This document shows, one piece after another, positions 8,312-18,617 of a DNA stretch of 64,000 bases (positions are counted from its first letter, which is position 1; each line of letters opens with the position of its first letter). A program made the position numbers and the translations under genes. Where the stretch lies: NCBI GenBank assembly GCA_041667185.1, contig JBAYFM010000007.1, forward strand, positions 4,296 to 68,295. Reading direction: 5' to 3'. This stretch comes from Patescibacteria group bacterium. GTDB taxonomy: Bacteria; Patescibacteriota; Patescibacteriia; SG8-24. The notes beneath the pieces were generated by a model. That model ran no database searches. It was not told where the DNA came from and saw only the letters and a list, made by a program, of their open reading frames with translations.

Positions 8312-10624
8312 ATGTATCTGCAGAAACTGGAAATCATCGGTTTCAAGTCCTTCGCTGAAAAGACGGAGCTGGATTTTTTGCCGCCGTCCGCGAATTCCAA
8401 AGGCATCACCGCGGTCGTCGGCCCGAACGGTTCCGGCAAATCAAACGTTGCTGACGCGCTCCGCTGGGTGCTCGGCGAACAGAGCACCAAACTGCTGCGC
8501 GGCAAGAAAGCCGAGGACGTCATCTTTTTCGGTTCGGAGAAACGCGCCCGCTCCGGCTTCGCCGAGGTCTCGCTCGTCCTGAACAACGAGGATGGCAAGA
8601 TCCCGCTCGATCTCTCCGAAGTCAGCATCGCGCGCCGCGTCTACCGCGACGGCGAATCCGAATATCTCATCAACAAGAACAAGGTGCGGCTCGCCGACAT
8701 CCAGATGCTTTTGGCGCAGGCGCAATTCAGCGCCCGCTCCTACTCCGTCATCGGCCAGGGCATGGCCGACGCCATCCTCACCGCCACGCCGCTCGCCCGC
8801 AAAGAATATCTCGACGAGGCCGCCGGCGTCCGCCAGTTCCAGCTGAAGCGCCAGAACTCCGTGGCCAAACTCGAAGCCACGCGCGAGAACCTGAACCAGG
8901 CCGACATGCTCGTGAACGAGATCGAACCGCGGCTGCGCTCGCTCGCCCGGCAGGTGAAGCGCCTCGAAACCCGCGCCGCCATCGAGGAAGAGTTGCACGC
9001 CATCGCGCACCAATACTACGGCCGCCAATGGCTGGAACTGAAATCCCAGATCGACAGCCGCCAGGCCACGGTCGGCAGACTCGACGAGGAATGGAAGAAG
9101 CGCGAATCCACTCTTGAGGACGCCCAGAGCGAACTCAGCGGACTCGAGGCGCAGGAGCAGGGTTCGGACGAATTCACCGCGCTGCAAACCGAATACGAAA
9201 AACTGGCCGAGGAACGCAACCGCTTGCGCGACCGCCAGGTGGGACTGCGCGGCAAGCTCGAAGTCGCGGAGCAGGTGCGCAAACAAACTGCCACGACCCT
9301 GCCGCTCTCGAAGATCATCAGCGAAGTGAAGACCATCGGCGCAGAGCAAAATAAGGCCATAACTGAGCTAAAAAACGCCACTGACCTCGCGGCGGCCCAG
9401 GCCACCGTGCCGGCTTTCGAATCTCTCCAGACGGCGACCATTTCTCTCGGCGATCGTCTGGAGCGACCGGTTCCGGAAATCAAACCCGTCGAACAGGATC
9501 CAGCCCTGCTCCGAGAGATCGAGGAGATCGGCCGGACCATCGCCGCCATCGATGAGAAGATCCGCCAGGTCCAGAACGCCCTGCAGGAATATAACCGCGG
9601 CGAACGCCAGAAAAAAGAAAAATTCTTCTCGCTCCAGCGCGGGCTGCAGGAAAAGATCTCGTCAGCGCTCGCGCTCGAACGCCAGTTGAACGATGAACGC
9701 ATCGAACTCGCCCGACTCGACACCCGCCGCGAAGCTCTCGAACAGGAGATGTCCGTCAAACTCGGCGAACGCGCAGAGCATGTCAAAACCAGCTTCATCC
9801 AGACCGGCACGGAAAGCGCCGACGAGCTCTTCGCGCAGATGCAGAAGCTCGAGTACCAGCTGAACCTCATCGGCGGCATCGACCCCGAGGTCGTCCGCGA
9901 ATATCAGGAGACCAATACCCGCCATGAATTCCTGACTGCCCAGATCGCCGACCTCCGCAAGGCCATCGAGGATCTGGAGCGTGTCATCAGCGAACTCGAC
10001 ATCGTGATCAAGACGCGCTGGGAAACGTCTTTCCGCCAGATCAACAAAGATTTCGACCGTTTCTTCAAGCAGTTATTCAACGGCGGCAAAGCCGAACTGG
10101 TCCAGATGTGGTCGGAACAGGAAGAAGCCGAAGAAGATGAACCGACCGCCGCGGCTGCGGGCTCCGAAACCGGCGAACAAGAGGCCCTCAAAAAGAAAGA
10201 ACCGTCCGCCCAGACGCTGCCGGCCTACGAACAAGGCGAGCGCATCGTCGGCATCGACATTCACGCCTGCCCGCCTGGTAAAAAGATCAAGAACGTCGAA
10301 ACACTCTCGGGCGGCGAGCGCACGCTCGTTTCCATCGCGCTCATCTGCGCCATCATGGTCTCCAACCCGTCGCCATTCGTGGTTCTTGACGAGGTGGACG
10401 CCGCGCTCGACGAGGCCAACTCCGACAAATACGCCAGCATTCTCGCCGAGCTCGCCGAAAAGACGCAATTCATCGTCGTCACCCACAACCGCTACACCAT
10501 GAAACGCGCGAACGTCCTCTATGGCGTAACCATGCGCGACGACAAGACCTCGCTTCTCTTATCCGTGAACCTCGACGAAGTGAGCGAGCTCCAGAATCAG
10601 AACCGACAAAAAGCCGTCGCCTGA
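8312..10624 (+). CDS. smc: Chromosome segregation protein SMC (short form, ~770 aa)
   Basis: N-terminal Walker A (GPNGSGKSN), coiled-coil middle, C-terminal LSGGERTLVSIAL signature and Walker B (VLDEVDAALD). ATG at 8312 matches the SMC N-terminus; the listed longer ORF start is a non-coding extension. Confidence 0.8.
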   Translation: MYLQKLEIIGFKSFAEKTELDFLPPSANSKGITAVVGPNGSGKSNVADALRWVLGEQSTKLLRGKKAEDVIFFGSEKRARSGFAEVSLVLNNEDGKIPLDLSEVSIARRVYRDGESEYLINKNKVRLADIQMLLAQAQFSARSYSVIGQGMADAILTATPLARKEYLDEAAGVRQFQLKRQNSVAKLEATRENLNQADMLVNEIEPRLRSLARQVKRLETRAAIEEELHAIAHQYYGRQWLELKSQIDSRQATVGRLDEEWKKRESTLEDAQSELSGLEAQEQGSDEFTALQTEYEKLAEERNRLRDRQVGLRGKLEVAEQVRKQTATTLPLSKIISEVKTIGAEQNKAITELKNATDLAAAQATVPAFESLQTATISLGDRLERPVPEIKPVEQDPALLREIEEIGRTIAAIDEKIRQVQNALQEYNRGERQKKEKFFSLQRGLQEKISSALALERQLNDERIELARLDTRREALEQEMSVKLGERAEHVKTSFIQTGTESADELFAQMQKLEYQLNLIGGIDPEVVREYQETNTRHEFLTAQIADLRKAIEDLERVISELDIVIKTRWETSFRQINKDFDRFFKQLFNGGKAELVQMWSEQEEAEEDEPTAAAAGSETGEQEALKKKEPSAQTLPAYEQGERIVGIDIHACPPGKKIKNVETLSGGERTLVSIALICAIMVSNPSPFVVLDEVDAALDEANSDKYASILAELAEKTQFIVVTHNRYTMKRANVLYGVTMRDDKTSLLLSVNLDEVSELQNQNRQKAVA

Positions 10625-10648
10625 CCAAACTGCCGGACAAGACGAACA

Positions 10649-10673
10649 AAACACCCTTACTGGGGTGTTTTTC
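10649..10673 (+). terminator. Probable intrinsic terminator after smc
   Basis: ACACCCTTACTGGGGTGT + TTTT. Confidence 0.45.
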
Positions 10674-10798
10674 GTCATATCTTCGGCTTCAAAATAACCC
10701 AAATAATGAATTTTGGCCGCCTAAACACCTCTGTCAAAGGAGGATAAAAAATGATAAAATTATAATAAAGTAATATAATCCGCACTAAGCCAGCAAAA

Positions 10799-13700
10799 AT
10801 GTCGAAACGGCCGCTCCAGGTCAAAAAACAGCCTCAACTCGCCGCTCTGACCGCTAAAAAGACCGACGATATAGTTTTTTGTGCTGAATCAACAGGAAAA
10901 ATAATCTTCGCCAATAAAGCGATGATTAAAACCCTGGGCTACACCGAAACCGAATTACTGGCCAAAAACCTGCAAGATATCGACTTGACGCTGAGCACCC
11001 AGGCCCAACAGCGGCTTTGGACGGAGCTGAAGAAGTCGGGCAGCAAGGTCGTCAGCAGTTCCTATCGCCGCCGCGACGGATCCGTCATCCCGGTCGAGAT
11101 CTCGACGAACTTGTTCCGTCATGGCACTTCGGAATATCTCTGCGGCATCGCCCGCGACCTCAGCGGTCATCTGGCCGCCATGGCCGATCTGGAAATGAAA
11201 GCTCTGATGTTGGACTCGATCGCGGACTCTATCTTCCTGCTCCAGCCGGACGGCGACATCGTCTACGCGAATGCAACCGCCTGCCAAGAACATGGTTATA
11301 CCTGCGCGGAGCTCATCGGCCAAAACATCAAGATCTTGCATGAAAAAAAAGACCTCCCTCAAGTGACCAAAGGACTGAGCAACTTGTCGGCCAAAGGCGG
11401 ACAAGCATCGTTCAGCGGATTCCACTTGCGGAAAGACGGCACCCCTCTGCCCATCGATGTCAACTCGCGCGCCATCAAAATCGGCGACAAACCATTCATC
11501 CTGAGCGTCGTCCGCAACGCGACCGAGCATCGTCAGCTCCAGCGGACGCTGGAACAGGAAAAACTGAGGTTCCGCCAATATTTCGACTTGGCCGCGACAC
11601 TTCTCATCTCCCTGGATCCTAACGGACTCATTCTGGCGGCTAACCGCGAGGCTTGCCGTATCCTGGGCTACGCCCGGGAAACAGACCTCATCGGCCTGAA
11701 CTGGTTCGAGAACTTCGTTCCGAAAAATATCCGCGAGCCGCTCGCCGACTATCAGCGCAAACTTATCGCCGATCGCGCTGACTCCGACGAACGCATCAAC
11801 ATGATCGTTACGCGTCACGGCAAAGAGCGGCTGATCGCCTGGCGCAACACGACCCTGAACGGCCCCGACGGCATGCCGACCATGACCATCAGTTCGGGTC
11901 GCGACATCACGAACGAGCAAGCCGCCCACAGCGAACTTCACCTCCGCTCCCAAGCCCTGGATCTGGTCGGGGAATCGGTCTTCATCCACGATCTCAACGG
12001 CAAGATTATTTTCGTCAACCGCGAGGCCTGCCTGGAGCGCGGTTACAGACCTGGCGAACTCATCGGACGGAACATCGGCACCGACATCGACGCGCCCGAA
12101 AGCAGTGCGCTCCTGAAAACACGCATTAAGAAGCTGCTGAAAACCGGCGAATCTTCTTTCGAAGTGCAGCACCGCCGCCGCGATGGATCGATTTTCCCGG
12201 CCAGCATCCACGCCCGCATCATCAAGATCGGCGGCGTGGACATGGTCCTGTCCTCCGTCCGCGACATCAGCGAGTCGCGCGAAATGGAAAATGCGCTCCG
12301 AAACGAACGGGAAAAATTCAAGAACTATTTTGAACTCGCCTCCATCATCCTGGTGGCCCTTGATCTCAAAGGGCACATCTCCGCCATCAACCGGCGCGGC
12401 GCCGAACTCTTCGGTCAGACCCCGGAAAAAATGGTCGGTCTGGAATGGCCGCAGATTTCCCTGTCGAAGGAAACACAATTGAAAATGCGGGAGTACCTGC
12501 AAAAATTACTGGCCGGACAAGTCCAGACGACGGACGAAGAGATCAATATTGCGACGCCTTCTGGCGAACGCCTGATCGCGTGGCGAAGCTCGCTCTTGCG
12601 CGATAAACACGGACAGATACTCGGCATCCTGGGATCCGGCCTCGACGTCACCGAGAGACGCCGGTTGGAAAACGAAACCGCCGCAAAAAACCGGGCTCTC
12701 GAAGTCGTCAACCGAGGCGCGGATGCGATCATGCGGGCAACCAACGAACAAAAGTTATTAACGGAGGTCTGCGACATTATCTGTCGAATCGGCGGCTACC
12801 GCCTGGCCTGGATCGGCCGCAAGTTGGCAGACAAGAACCAAACGATCGAAGCGGCAGCTTCCGCCGGAGCAGAACGAGACTACACCGTGAATCTCGGCGT
12901 CTCCTGGGGAAACAACAAACTCGGCCAGACCCCGATCGGTCTGGCGTTGCGCTCCGGCCGCCGGCAGATCGCCTTGGACCTGTTGAAAAATGATGCCTTC
13001 AAACCCTGGTCTGACCGGATCAAGCAGCATAATCTGACCGCTGATCTGGCGCTGCCGATCAAGATCGGCGACAAAGTTGAACTGGCCTTGGCCATCTATT
13101 CCAACGAGGCCGATCCATTCAACCAGAACGAGATCGAGTTGTTGGAACGGCTGGCCGCGAACCTGGCTTTTGGCATCACGAACCTCCGCACTCGTCTGGC
13201 CCAACAAGAAGCCGAGCGCACCGGCCGAGAGCTGGCCGAAAAATACGGCTTCATCATGGAGAACGCCAACGATGTTTTTTATTGGATCGCCGCGGATGGA
13301 CGGATCATCACCATTAGCCCCGGCACCAAACGCTATGCCCTGGACGCCGATCAGATGGTCGGCCACTCATTCCTCGAGTACGCCTGGGACGAAGACCGTG
13401 AATGGGTCGCCAAGGACTTCGTGGCTCTGCTGCGCGACAAAAACACGCATACGATCAAATGGCGCATTCGGGACGGACACGGCCAGCCGGTCTGGATGGA
13501 AACCGTCTCCCGCGTCGTACCCACCGACAAACCGAACAAACCCGCCGTCGTCGGCGTGTTGCGCGACATCACCGAACGCCACAATGCCGAGATGGAAAAA
13601 GCGCGCTACGACGCCATTCATCGGCTGCTGACCGAGTTGTCTTCGTTGATCCTCTCGACCACGGTCTCCAAGGTCGACACCGTGATTGACAAGATCATCG

Positions 13701-16700
13701 CGCGCGTCGGCGTTTTTGCCGGCGTCGATCGAACGTATGTGGTGACCCTCTCCGAACAGGACACCCCTCTGGCCAGCATCCGCGAATGGCGCGCCGCCGG
13801 CATCAGACCGATCACCGATAAGATCGAGGGCCTGCCTTCCGATAAAACCCCGCTCTGGGTCCAACAGCTCCTGAACGGCGAAACCCTGATCGTCAACGAC
13901 TCCGGCAAAATACCGGCTAATCAGGCCGCTGAAAAAACACTGTCGACAATGCAGGAAGCCAGATCATACGTCGGTCTGTCGCTCAAATCGCGCGGCAGCG
14001 TGATCGGCTTCGTCGGTATGAGCACGGTTCGAACGCAACGAACCTGGTCGGAAGCCGATCTCTTTCTCCTGGAACAATTGGCCAACAACATCACTGGTCT
14101 CCTCGAATGGTCCCGGGCTCAGAAAAAAACCACCGAAAGCGAGCAGCGTTTCCGCGAACTGTCCGACCTGGCGCCCCAGGCGATCATCGAGCTCGATCTG
14201 CAGGGTCGGCTGGCCTATTGCAACAAGGCCGGACTCAAAATGATGGGCTATGACCATGAGCCCTCAAGAACGCTGACCATCGCCGACTTGATCGCTCCTT
14301 CGGATCTGGCCAAGGTCTCCAAAAATATCGGCTTACGGCTGGAAGACAAAATCAACACCGGCAATGAGTATCTAGGTCGCCGTCAAGACGGCTCGACCAT
14401 ACCGATTCTGGCCTACACCAGCCCGATCATCAAGAACGGCAAGCCCGTAGGTCTGCGCGGCGTGATCTTCGATCTGACCGATATTAAAAAAACCGAAGCG
14501 CACCGAGACTACCTGGCCACTTTTCCCGGCAACAACCCCTCGCCGATCATCGAATTCAACCTCGACGGCGCCATCACTTATCTCAACCCGGCCGCTTCCA
14601 GACTGCTGACCCCGCTGCGCGTCGGACTCAATATTCATGAGGTCCTACCGGAAGTCGAATCGATTCTGAACGAAAACGCGCCGGAAACAACTGCGGTTGA
14701 AGTGGTCAGAAACAATAGCTGGTACTTGGCGCTGACCAGCCGCTCGGATCAATACAGCGGCATCCGGTTGTACATGATGGACATTACCAGCCTCAAACAG
14801 CTGGAAGCCAAGCTGACTGAAAGCGAACGACGCTATCGCGCCATCCTCGAAAACACTTCGGATGTAATTTATTCGACAGACCTCAAAGGCATCATCACTT
14901 ACGTGAGTCCGCAGGCGGCCCAATTCGGTTTCGATCCGGAAAAGATCATCGGTCACACCTTGCTGGAATTCATCTCTCCCGAAGACCGCGAACTCGTCAC
15001 CAAAGAATTCGAGCGCGCGATCACCTCGCGACACGGATTCGCCTTGCCGACGCTCCAATTCCGCCTCGTCAATCCCGAAGGCAAGATCTACTGGGTCGAA
15101 GAAAACGGCCGCGCCGTCGTTGATCCGAAAAAAGGCGCGACTGGAGCTTTCGGCGTCATGCGCGACATCACCGAACGCAAAAAGAACGAGGATCTGATCG
15201 TCAAAAAGACGGTCGCGGAAAAACTTATCTCCAACATCTCGACTGAATTCCTGAAAGCCGCTACCGAAAATTTCGACCCGATCGTCAACAACGGCCTGAA
15301 TAAACTGGCGCGGCTGACAAATGCTGATTGCGCCAAAATCTACCTGATATCCGATGATTCCAAACGATTGATCGAGCGCTTCATCGCCAATGAAGACGAC
15401 GCGGCCGGACACGAGCGTCGCGAATTCCAGCTGACCGACTTCCCCTGGATCTCCTCCAACTTCAACCGCCGCGACGTTATCCAGGTCAGCGATATCAACC
15501 AGCTGCCGAGTGAAGCTCGGCCAGAGCTCAAACGCCTCTGCAACGAACGCCTGACCTCGACTATTTTCACGCCTATTTTGGCTGGTTATCGGGTCATCGG
15601 ACTCGTCGGTTTTTCGACTTACAAAGGGATCTATACCTGGCCGCCGGAGGATGCCATCCTGCTGAAAATGTTCGCCGATATCTACGCCAACGCCCACGTC
15701 CGCCGAGAAACGGAACGGAGTCGCTTGCGGCGCTCGGAAGCGGAAAAGATCATCACCGATCTGACGGTCAAGTTCGCCTCGGTCGAAGAATCGGAACTTA
15801 ACCGCGTGTCTTCGACAGCCCTCGAAAAGATTGCCTTGTTCGCCGGCGCTGAACGTGCCGCTTTCGCCAAATTCGGACCGCAGAGAACCAATCTGTCCTG
15901 GATCCAGGAATACCACCGACCGAATCTGTCGCCAATCATCGCTACCATGCAGAATCTGCCTCTTGCGCCGGGTGATTGGCTTTTCGGCGAGATTGACTCC
16001 GACACAACCGCCACTCTGACCGATATTTCCCATCTGTCGGCCAATGTCGACGCGCGGACGATCCGCGTCAGCCCCGAAATCGGAGCTTTCGCAGCCGCGC
16101 CGATAAAACAAGGTGGGCGGGCGATCGGCTTCATCGGCCTCTACGCCACTGGTCCGAAATACTGGTCTGAAGATGAGACAAATTTATTGACCAACCTGGG
16201 CAAAATCATCGGCGACGCGCTGGAAAAAGCCGCGGCCAACGCCAAGGTCCGCGAGGCTGACTTGCTCCGCCGCAAATTCGTCCAAATCGTCTCCCATCAA
16301 CTCCGGACGCCGCTGACCGCGATCCGCTGGAACCTCGAAGCCCTGCTGACCGACGAAGTCGGCAAACTCCAACCGGAACAAAAAAGCATCATCCGCCTGG
16401 CCCACGAATCCGAGGTTGAGGTCATCAGTCGGCTCGGCCAAATGCTCACCGCGCTCGACATTGAAGAAGGCCGGGCGCTCCTGAATCCCGAACCGATGGC
16501 TCTCGATGCTTTGTGGGACTCGGTCCGTTCGTCCCTCATTCCCCGTTGCGCCAGCAAAGAACTGACCCTGACCTACAAACCGCCATCCAAACCGCTGCCA
16601 GCGATCAAAGCCGATCCGGAAAAAATCCGCGAGGTCCTGACGACCTTGGCAGATAACGCCATTGCCTATACCAACAACGGCGGCAGCATTGAAGCGCGGC

Positions 16701-16957
16701 TGGAGAATCATGGCACTTTCATTCGTTTCAGTATCAAGGATACCGGCGTCGGCATACCTAAAGCAGAGCAGCTCCGGATATTCTCCCGTTTCTACCGAGC
16801 TTCAAACGCCCCGACCATGCTGCCGAACGCCTCGGGACTCAACCTCTCCATCGCCAAATACTTCATAGAACAGCACGGCGGACAAATCGGTTTCGAAAGC
16901 CGCGATGGCCAAGGTTCAACTTTCTGGTTCGAATTGCCGCTGGTAGAAAACAGATGA
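10799..16957 (+). CDS. Giant cytoplasmic multi-PAS/GAF sensor histidine kinase (2052 aa), no receiver domain
   Basis: Many PAS-like repeats, HisKA H-box (QIVSHQLRTPLTAIRW), HATPase_c (DTGVGIP...GLNLSIAKYFIEQHGGQI...GSTFWFELP); AT-rich promoter region upstream. Confidence 0.85.
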   Translation: MSKRPLQVKKQPQLAALTAKKTDDIVFCAESTGKIIFANKAMIKTLGYTETELLAKNLQDIDLTLSTQAQQRLWTELKKSGSKVVSSSYRRRDGSVIPVEISTNLFRHGTSEYLCGIARDLSGHLAAMADLEMKALMLDSIADSIFLLQPDGDIVYANATACQEHGYTCAELIGQNIKILHEKKDLPQVTKGLSNLSAKGGQASFSGFHLRKDGTPLPIDVNSRAIKIGDKPFILSVVRNATEHRQLQRTLEQEKLRFRQYFDLAATLLISLDPNGLILAANREACRILGYARETDLIGLNWFENFVPKNIREPLADYQRKLIADRADSDERINMIVTRHGKERLIAWRNTTLNGPDGMPTMTISSGRDITNEQAAHSELHLRSQALDLVGESVFIHDLNGKIIFVNREACLERGYRPGELIGRNIGTDIDAPESSALLKTRIKKLLKTGESSFEVQHRRRDGSIFPASIHARIIKIGGVDMVLSSVRDISESREMENALRNEREKFKNYFELASIILVALDLKGHISAINRRGAELFGQTPEKMVGLEWPQISLSKETQLKMREYLQKLLAGQVQTTDEEINIATPSGERLIAWRSSLLRDKHGQILGILGSGLDVTERRRLENETAAKNRALEVVNRGADAIMRATNEQKLLTEVCDIICRIGGYRLAWIGRKLADKNQTIEAAASAGAERDYTVNLGVSWGNNKLGQTPIGLALRSGRRQIALDLLKNDAFKPWSDRIKQHNLTADLALPIKIGDKVELALAIYSNEADPFNQNEIELLERLAANLAFGITNLRTRLAQQEAERTGRELAEKYGFIMENANDVFYWIAADGRIITISPGTKRYALDADQMVGHSFLEYAWDEDREWVAKDFVALLRDKNTHTIKWRIRDGHGQPVWMETVSRVVPTDKPNKPAVVGVLRDITERHNAEMEKARYDAIHRLLTELSSLILSTTVSKVDTVIDKIIARVGVFAGVDRTYVVTLSEQDTPLASIREWRAAGIRPITDKIEGLPSDKTPLWVQQLLNGETLIVNDSGKIPANQAAEKTLSTMQEARSYVGLSLKSRGSVIGFVGMSTVRTQRTWSEADLFLLEQLANNITGLLEWSRAQKKTTESEQRFRELSDLAPQAIIELDLQGRLAYCNKAGLKMMGYDHEPSRTLTIADLIAPSDLAKVSKNIGLRLEDKINTGNEYLGRRQDGSTIPILAYTSPIIKNGKPVGLRGVIFDLTDIKKTEAHRDYLATFPGNNPSPIIEFNLDGAITYLNPAASRLLTPLRVGLNIHEVLPEVESILNENAPETTAVEVVRNNSWYLALTSRSDQYSGIRLYMMDITSLKQLEAKLTESERRYRAILENTSDVIYSTDLKGIITYVSPQAAQFGFDPEKIIGHTLLEFISPEDRELVTKEFERAITSRHGFALPTLQFRLVNPEGKIYWVEENGRAVVDPKKGATGAFGVMRDITERKKNEDLIVKKTVAEKLISNISTEFLKAATENFDPIVNNGLNKLARLTNADCAKIYLISDDSKRLIERFIANEDDAAGHERREFQLTDFPWISSNFNRRDVIQVSDINQLPSEARPELKRLCNERLTSTIFTPILAGYRVIGLVGFSTYKGIYTWPPEDAILLKMFADIYANAHVRRETERSRLRRSEAEKIITDLTVKFASVEESELNRVSSTALEKIALFAGAERAAFAKFGPQRTNLSWIQEYHRPNLSPIIATMQNLPLAPGDWLFGEIDSDTTATLTDISHLSANVDARTIRVSPEIGAFAAAPIKQGGRAIGFIGLYATGPKYWSEDETNLLTNLGKIIGDALEKAAANAKVREADLLRRKFVQIVSHQLRTPLTAIRWNLEALLTDEVGKLQPEQKSIIRLAHESEVEVISRLGQMLTALDIEEGRALLNPEPMALDALWDSVRSSLIPRCASKELTLTYKPPSKPLPAIKADPEKIREVLTTLADNAIAYTNNGGSIEARLENHGTFIRFSIKDTGVGIPKAEQLRIFSRFYRASNAPTMLPNASGLNLSIAKYFIEQHGGQIGFESRDGQGSTFWFELPLVENR

Positions 16958-17108
16958 ACGGCGTCCCGGACGACTGATATTGACTCCTGGTCCGGATTCT
17001 GGCACTCTGACGGCACGACTCTAACGTGCTGCAGGGACGCGGGTCCGCTCAGACCCTACCGTTCCGACCGAAAAAATTTTATCATCGCACCGAACATATT
17101 TTTCGCTT

Positions 17109-17432
17109 ATGTTAGTCCTCCGTCTTACCCGCGTCGGAAAGAAGAAACAGCCGAGCTACCGCCTGATCGTCCAGGAGAAGAAGCGCGATCCCTGGGGCAA
17201 AGCCCTCGAAATCATCGGCCGCTATAATCCGCGCACCAACCCCAAGACCGTCGACTTCGACGCCGAGCGCGTGAAATTCTGGCTCTCGAAGGGCGCTGTC
17301 GCTTCCGATACCGTCCACAATCTGCTCATCAACGCCAAGATCATCAAGAGCGCGAAGCGGAAGAATGCCGTTGATCCGAAGCGCAAAGATGCCGCCGCCG
17401 AGCCGGAAAAGAAGGCTGAAGAAAAGAAATAA
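17109..17432 (+). CDS. rpsP: 30S ribosomal protein S16
   Basis: MLVLRLTRVGKKKQPSYRLIV...GRYNP matches S16. Confidence 0.95.
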   Translation: MLVLRLTRVGKKKQPSYRLIVQEKKRDPWGKALEIIGRYNPRTNPKTVDFDAERVKFWLSKGAVASDTVHNLLINAKIIKSAKRKNAVDPKRKDAAAEPEKKAEEKK

Positions 17433-17444
17433 GCATTCGAAAAA

Positions 17445-17470
17445 CGACCCGCCCATGGCGGGCCGTTTTT
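17445..17470 (+). terminator. Intrinsic terminator after rpsP
   Basis: CCCGCCCATGGCGGGC hairpin + TTTTT. Confidence 0.65.
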
Positions 17471-17513
17471 GATTTCGCGGCGCGGCTGATGATGGAGACT
17501 CCCGCCGGTCTGA

Positions 17514-17542
17514 AAATAAAAAAACCCGCTGGACGAGCGGGT
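17514..17542 (-). terminator. Intrinsic terminator for the minus-strand small gene
   Basis: Minus-strand CCCGCTCGTCCAGCGGG + T7. Confidence 0.6.
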
Positions 17543-17561
17543 CATGAGACGAGGTCTTCTG

Positions 17562-17876
17562 TCAGCGGCGCCGGATCTTGCCGTGACCGAACGGATCATC
17601 GAGCAGATGCCAGGCGCCGCACGCGCACGGGCCTTCGATGACGTCGCAGGCCGTGCCGCCGTTGCGGCCGTAGTTGCCGTAACGAGCGAGATGCGCCTCG
17701 GCCAGCATCCGGTCAAAGTTGCCGCCGACCATGCAGCAAGCGTTGAACTCGGCCACATCATGACAATAATGTTCCTCGGGACGCTCGCTGATCTCGCGCA
17801 GCCGTTGCGCTAGCGGATGATCATCATTGTTCATTCCGTCGCCGACCTGGCTGCCGTTCCGATCTTCGTTCCTCAT
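17562..17876 (-). CDS. Hypothetical Cys/His-rich small protein (104 aa)
   Basis: Strong RBS (CAGGAGG) and own terminator; motifs HYCHD...CC...CDVIEGPCACGAWH suggest metal binding; no family recognised. Confidence 0.55.
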   Translation of the reverse strand: MRNEDRNGSQVGDGMNNDDHPLAQRLREISERPEEHYCHDVAEFNACCMVGGNFDRMLAEAHLARYGNYGRNGGTACDVIEGPCACGAWHLLDDPFGHGKIRRR

Positions 17877-18066
17877 GCTGAACCTCCTGATTCAAAAGGG
17901 CTGGATAATGACAGTATCTTAATATCCTCCTCTGACACCGTCAAATAATCGTCGGTCATGGCGTCTGAACCGAAAAATACCAAAAAACCGGCCGAATCAC
18001 ACCCCCACGCTGCGCCCAGCGCCGCGCTTTTTTATCCGGATAAGCCTGTTTAAGCCGCAAAATCCA

Positions 18067-18095
18067 TTGACACGGCCGCGAGGCTTGCTTATAAT
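18067..18095 (+). promoter_or_regulatory. Consensus sigma70-type promoter TTGACA-N17-TATAAT
   Basis: Perfect -35/-10 hexamers with 17-nt spacer about 110 nt upstream of the KH-protein gene. Confidence 0.5.
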
Positions 18096-18206
18096 TTTTA
18101 TGGTCCCTTTGTCCAAGGGCTCTGTGTTCCCGCCGAGGGAGCGCGCGTTAAATCTCTATAGGCACCCGCCCAAGCTCGTGAGGCAAGGGCAAAGCCAACA
18201 ACTGCT

Positions 18207-18554
18207 ATGGCAGAACGGTTTCAGGATCAGGAATTCGTCGAATACGTTGTACGGGCCATCGTCGGTCATCCGGATGATGTCCGGACCGATCGGACCATCG
18301 ATGAGCGCGGCGTCCTCATCACGCTGCACGTCAACCCGGAAGACATGGGTTACGTGATCGGCCGCCAGGGACAGACCGCCCGCTCCATCCGGACGCTCCT
18401 CAAGATCGTCGGCGCGAAGAACAATGCGCGCGTCAACCTGAAGGTCTTTGAACCGGAAGGCAGCCGCCGCCCGCCGCGCCGCTCCGAAGAGCAGCAGGCC
18501 GCTCCCGCCGCCGCTGAACCGATTGACACTTCAGCCGTCGACCTGGAGATCTAA
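18207..18554 (+). CDS. khpA: KH-domain RNA-binding protein (KhpA/YlqC-like)
   Basis: KH core MGYVIGRQGQTARSIRTLLKIV; canonical partner of rpsP/trmD operons. Confidence 0.8.
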   Translation: MAERFQDQEFVEYVVRAIVGHPDDVRTDRTIDERGVLITLHVNPEDMGYVIGRQGQTARSIRTLLKIVGAKNNARVNLKVFEPEGSRRPPRRSEEQQAAPAAAEPIDTSAVDLEI

Positions 18555-18565
18555 GATCACCACAA

Positions 18566-18598
18566 ACAAAAAAGCCCGGCTCCCAGCCGGGCTTTTTG
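18566..18598. terminator. Bidirectional terminator (A8-GCCCGGCTCCCAGCCGGGC-T5)
   Basis: Between the convergent KH gene and histidine kinase. Confidence 0.65.
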
Positions 18599-18617
18599 AT
18601 CTTCTCGAAAAACGGAG

